NCBI RefSeq assembly: GCF_001194135.2
Contig: NC_068985.1
Coordinates: 108,766,243 to 108,821,373 of the forward strand
DNA: 55,131 nt
Origin: Octopus bimaculoides
Lineage: Eukaryota
Direction: 5' to 3'
Shown one piece after another: positions 49,767-55,131 of this stretch. The position numbers and the translations under genes are program-made. Below the pieces are notes generated by a model. It worked only from the letters and a program-made list of their open reading frames with translations, did no database searches and was not told the DNA's origin. Every line of letters starts with the position of its first letter. The stretch's first letter is position 1.

Positions 49767-52617
49767 GAAACATTCAGAAAATAGTAATAATGAATTTATC
49801 AGTTTGCGTTTTATTTTGATGCTGAAAATAAAATCCATTGCATAACTCAACTGTTTATTTTATCTTATTTTTATATTAAAATTTTATTTTTATTTAACAT
49901 AATTCTTTGAAATGTTAGTATCACAGCGGAATTTATAAGAGAGGAAAAGGGGAAGAAACTGCCCTTTACATGGGCAAGAAGAGACCTCTGGTCATTTTTA
50001 CTGTAAGTCTTGCTATTATGCCATGTAAAGTATGTTTGGGGACACCAGAAGAAACATTCGCAATTATGTTTCAACATTATATTTAATGCCGTATTTGACG
50101 GTCTCTGATAGTTTCGGAGAGACATCATTCTGGAAATTGGCACTCTTGATACAGAGTTCCTCAAGAGTAAAATAGATCCACGAAATACCGATTGATCAGT
50201 ATATATCGGATTTTGAGACCAGTGTTTTAAATATACTACTTATCGTAACAAGTGTTCTTACCGATATTCGAACAACTAACCTTTCCATTCACTCGCCGTG
50301 CATCTTGGATCGTTTTTCTATTGTTTCAATTATTACAGTTCTTAAGCTGGGGACCTGGCAAAATTGTTAACCCATCAGACAAAATGCTTAACGATATTTC
50401 TACCAGATCTTTATGTTCTGACTTCAAATTCCGACAAGACCAACGTTGCTTTTTATCCTTCAGTGTTGATAAATTGGTACCAGTTGAACCTTGTGCCGAA
50501 ATTTGAATTCAAATATCACCGATATTCATCTAAGCTGGAGACAGGAAATCTAGTCCTAGGCCACCGTGTTTTTTTTCTATTTTTTGCTTATATCGTTAAA
50601 TCCTCAGCGTAACTTCATACTAGCTGGCATATAATCAACTTGAATTCAATCGACAGCTTTGCTCTTCGTTCGACACACCAACCGAATAATTCGACTGAAG
50701 ATGCAAAATTTTCCTATCTTTCTATCATCACTTTAGCGCGAGAACTAAGTTATATTTCCAACTAAGTACACTAATTACTACTACATATAGCCAGTAACCA
50801 ACCAACAAACTACCTTTCCAGAATTGTTCTTTCATGTGTCTCTTATAATTAGATTGCATACCCACATCGTTTTCCTGTACACTTGATATATATCATGTCT
50901 CATCGTTTGATGAAAAACAGACGGATATTGGCACGGCATCAAATCCCGATAAACATACAATGTTTTAGAAACTAGTGACACAAGATATTGTTCTTAAATA
51001 TACTCATACTCTGTGATATAATTATGGAGGACGGAAATGCACACATACACACATATACGCACATTTATTTCAACGAGCTTAATGATCTATAAGTCAAAGT
51101 ATGATGAGCAGTTTACATTACACTTTCAGTTTACAGCTGCTAACATAAGAGAAGTATTCTCATGCCGATATGTTTGTTTACATGTAGATGCTAAATACCA
51201 TCGTAAGAATGAATTATTAAGGCAGAGTAACTAGCATGGTGTCAGCAACATGGGATCCCTCAATGTTTCCTTATTTAGTTTAGGAAACCACTGTGATACA
51301 TATGCCCTTCTACAATATGTCTCATTTGAATAGGAGAAGTTGAATCACATTAACAGATGATGGCGTGGTGCGTATTTCGAATCCTAGAAGCGTAATCTAC
51401 AAAAAGCACTCTATTGGGAAAAATCTCTAATACTACGCTGAAATGTGACAATACAAGAACAACCACAACATTAAGAACAATTTCACCAACATAAATTTAT
51501 GTCGGGTACTTCAAAGCTCCCCAGGGATTGTGGAAGGAAACCATTGTAAACATGTGACCCATCCAAAATATCTAAGATGCTTACTGTCACCATCCCTGTC
51601 AAGTTTTTCATTTGTAAGTGTAATGCCACAGCTCAGGCAAACGTTGCAGTCTATCATTCTTGTAGAAAATCACGCACCGGTTGAAAGTGGATCGTACTTA
51701 AACTAAACAGCGAAACCCTTTCATGCGTACCGTACGAACTATGAAGTATCCCTTCATGCTATGCAAAAGCAAAGGGGATCAATTTTTGTGAATCATTCTT
51801 TCTTAGACTTCTCAAGCATGACTCTTTTACGAAAAATTCGTAACAGGAAAATCTCTATATTTTCTCCCTACTTCTCATCTATCTCCAAATTTTCGACATT
51901 GGCAAATGTCCTCTAAAACTGACCCTCTCTCAACGAAAACATTTAGGCTCACAACTATGTGCACATACATACCAAATGTGCAATAGGCCGGGTGCTTCAA
52001 GCCACTAAGACAACAGTCCTAGCAATCTCATTCACTCCTGTTCCGCTGCAGAAACGTTCCTTCGGATTTGCCCGAATAACAGAATGGGAGCTACTAACAA
52101 CTGATTTGACCAGCAACTTATATTTATCTCCAACTTTAATGACCATTAAAATAGTTTTCTTTAAAGCCAGATCTACGGGATTTCTCAAAGATTACTATAA
52201 TATGTCACGCCTAGTGTGTTTCGATCTCAAGAAATTTGGCGGAAGCAGTTTTGTTCTCAATATGAACAAAGCTTGTGAAAACTGCTCGCATACAGGATTT
52301 AATCACTCTTTTTCTTCTTGGACTAGTAGTTTCCTGTCACTATATCAGGGTGTACTAATGAAAATCTTTCTGACGCATGATATTTCAAATTTCGCTTTGC
52401 TGTTCTCGGTGGATGTTTTTTCATTCATACTCTTCCAAATATACACCAACGACCTATTTGACGTCATTTCCTACATCAGTCACCCCTGGACTTCTAGATG
52501 GATGATTCCAGCTTTCATACTCCAGTAATCATTTGCCTCCTTGTTTCATCCATATATGACCTTGATATCTCACTAAAATCTACATTTATCCTTAAAATTC
52601 ACTCCATAATTGCCCAC

Positions 52618-52691
52618 GGGCAATATGGCGTAGTGGTTAAGAGCGCTGGCTATTAACCCCAAGATTCCGAGTTCGATTCCAGGCAGTGACC

Positions 52692-52725
<34 letters not shown>

Positions 52726-52878
52726 TAACAACAACATCAACAACAACATCAAAAAATACCTTAGGAATGAGAACCCAGGTTTAAAATTTCCTCAAGACAC
52801 CTGATGAAGGCTGGAGGGTATATCAGCCGAAACGTTGTGTTAACAACAAACAAGATGCTGACAAATATCCGTCAAATA
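52618..52878 (+). mobile_element. tRNA-headed SINE-like element (family D) with hammerhead-like 3' module
   Basis: A box TGGCGTAGTGG (52626-52636), B box GAGTTCGATTCC (52669-52680), (AAT)n/(AAC)n linker, then CTGATGA...GAAAC motif. Interrupts a LINE remnant. Confidence 0.75.
52796..52841 (+). ncRNA. Putative minimal type-I hammerhead ribozyme (Penelope-type, dimer-requiring)
   Basis: Stem I GACAC/GUGUU; core CUGAUGA plus one extra A; stem II GGCUG/CAGCC; GAAA; palindromic AACGUU stem III; predicted cleavage after U52836. Folded by eye only. Confidence 0.6.
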
Positions 52879-53761
52879 TCCACACGAAGTACTGTGCCTA
52901 CATCTAGGCTAGTGCTGCTACTACACAGTAAGATTTTCTGAAAATCTTGTAAAGAAAGGTCACCCAACTGGTTGGCATGAAATGACTCGCAAAAACATTG
53001 TTGGCTAACAGACGTGTTGGACACATTCTCTACTACTGCTTTCACCACACCTATATTAGATTCTGTTCTTCAGAGCATTTTAATCACACACTCTACATAG
53101 CATCTCCTCTTCTCTAATCCAAAACGTCCCAATAATCATAATACACAATTTTAACTGTAGAACTTCTGCCACCAAGAATTTCTTCCTATAATATGGTCTT
53201 TCTGCAACCGTTAGTTTACATCTTTTTAAGCGGTACCAATTTTACGATCACGGCATCAATACCAACACTGTATCGCTGTATCTCCGAAAATCATCACGCC
53301 AAACTAACAATTAAATATAACGATACTAACACTTTAAAGGTAACAATTAAACAAGATTATTCTGCGGTTTGTTATTTGTACTGAAATTTTATTTAAGTCT
53401 CAGCTACTAATACCTCATCTGAACGCTCAACATTAAGAACGAAGAATCACTTATTGCAATCAATGATTAGATTAAAGATATGAAAAAGGGTTGTTTAGCA
53501 TAGAATCTCTGTGTATTGATACTGAAACAGCAAATTTATTCATGAATAAACAAGAACTAAATAATGAATCATACTTACACGCGTGCGTACCGAAAAGAAT
53601 CAATTTTATGAAAGAACGATATCGGTAAAGTTTATTCGTTGATTTCGGAGGTAAGAAGTCTCCAGACTAAGTTAAGTCATTTGTTCACCGTTTCAAACAT
53701 CCAAGAACAGATAAGAGACTCCTAAAAGCTACACTTCCAGTCATCGCGGAGAGCAAATAAT

Positions 53762-54265
53762 ATTTTCTATTATAGGCACAAGGGGACAAGTCGATCACAT
53801 AGGACCCAGTGTCTCACTAGTGCTTAAAATATCGACCCCAGAAAGGATGAACGATAGAGTCGACCTAGGCGGAATTTGAACTCAGAACGTAGCGGCAAAC
53901 GAAATAACATTAAGCATTTTGTCCGTCGTGCCAACGATTCAGTCAGCTCGTCGCAAAGGATGAAAGCAAAGTCGACCTCGGAGGAATTTGAACTGAGAAC
54001 GTAAAGACAGACGAAATACTGTTAAGGATTTCACCCGGCTTGCTAGCGTTCTTATATCTTTACTGCCCACAAGAGGCTGCACACAGATGGCACAAACAAA
54101 AACAGACAAACGGATTAAGTCAATTAAATCACTGGTACTTATTCAATCGTTCCCAAAAGGATGAAAGGCAAAGTCGACGGAATTTGAACTTAGAACGTCG
54201 TGGCAGACGAAATATCACTAAGCATTTCACCCGGCGTGCTAGCGTTTCTACCAGCTCGCCGCCTT
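53762..54265 (-). mobile_element. Head-to-tail chain of three SINE family B units
   Basis: Three successive GAATTTGAACT(C/G/T)AGAACGT B-box segments at about 53870, 53985 and 54180. Another B copy lies at about 54845-55025 (-). Confidence 0.8.
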
Positions 54266-55090
54266 AGAAAGCGTTTATATTTAGGACTGATGTTTGGCCA
54301 ACACAAAATTGTATGCATATGTTACATACGTACGTTACAAGACAATCATTGGAACAATGGGATGTATAGTTGGAGTATTAATCGTATTGCAATATCAAAA
54401 TACTCACATGCCATGTCCAGTAGAGAAATCTAATGTTGTCTATCTGTACGTCTATTCGGTTAGATCCAACTTTATATTACATAATAATATAATAAATATG
54501 TATACACATTAAAATATTTGCAGAATCCAGACAATGTTCTTGTCAAACATAGACACATCAATATAGTCTCAGTAAGATTAAAATAATTATACGAAAGTCA
54601 AGTATGGGCTTCTGTCTAAATATAATTAATAATACAGAGTTGTCATGTATATACCACAGAACTAAGCAAATGTTGTAAACGTTTTGTGTCACAAGTGTGG
54701 AACACAACAAAAGAAAAATATGTACTAGAAATATATAAATGAAAAGAACAATAATAGAAAACTGCTTGTTTCGTTTTATAGGATGACATATAAAAGCTTA
54801 TATGCATATTGGTTTCTAATCTTGACACTAGTCCAGCAACTTTGTTGGAAAGGGGTAAGTCGATTAAATCGACTACAGCGCTCGACTACCACATATTCTA
54901 TCAACCCCGAAAAGACGAAAGGCAAAGTCGACCTCGGCAGAATTTGATCTGAGAGCGTAATGTCGGACTAAATGCTGCTATGAATTTTGCCCGGCGTGCT
55001 AACGACTCCGCTAGCTCTCTGCCCCATAAGTTTATATACATATTATTTGTACATAATTAAGTAGATGCGCACAACACACACTTAAATACA

Positions 55091-55131
<41 letters not shown>

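Larger units (their letters stand above)
51900..53260 (+). mobile_element. Decayed CR1/Jockey-group LINE RT region, split by family D element
   Basis: ORF 51959-52528 contains FKARSTGFL, KKFGGSSFVLNMNKAC, SWTSSFLS and FILFQIYTNDL; a frameshifted MDDSS (52498-52512) corresponds to YADD. After the insert, NCRTSATKNFF...LHLFKR resembles the LINE ORF2 C-terminus. Confidence 0.75.

Noticed and set aside
51959-52528. 189-aa ORF as a host gene
   Set aside because: It consists of decayed LINE reverse-transcriptase motifs, with the catalytic DD out of frame.
52618-52692. tRNA-like sequence with good A and B boxes
   Set aside because: The acceptor and anticodon stems do not pair convincingly, and it runs into a repeat linker; treated as a SINE head.

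Overview
Eukaryotic, AT-rich and microsatellite-dense genomic DNA with many N gaps. It is almost certainly from an octopod cephalopod, inferred from the S-crystallin sequences and the tRNA-derived SINE content. The window holds two complete, tandem, same-strand (+) S-crystallin genes (sigma-class glutathione S-transferase-derived lens crystallins). Each has six coding exons with GT-AG introns in phases 1,1,0,0,0, including a 30-nt microexon, and encodes 215 aa. Gene A CDS is 10023-21228 and gene B CDS is 38026-49545; the proteins are 194/215 identical by manual alignment. The rest is mostly repeats: at least four tRNA-derived SINE families (some dimeric, nested or partly inverted), decayed Penelope-like, CR1/Jockey-like, RTE-like and possibly R4-like retroelements, and several Tc1/mariner remnants. 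Nearly all ORF-track entries are microsatellite or gap artefacts. Best leads: (1) a tRNA-headed SINE-like element carrying a minimal, dimer-type hammerhead ribozyme fold (52618-52878), plus a second decayed hammerhead-like motif (30534-30560); (2) an 11-bp motif conserved just upstream of both crystallin TATA boxes; (3) two microsatellite-centred fold-back elements with ~112-bp arms; (4) an identical 79-bp orphan copy of gene B exon 1 upstream of its promoter; (5) a skippable loop microexon and a Cys112Tyr difference between the paralogues. All alignments, translations and folds were done by eye; no database search was run.
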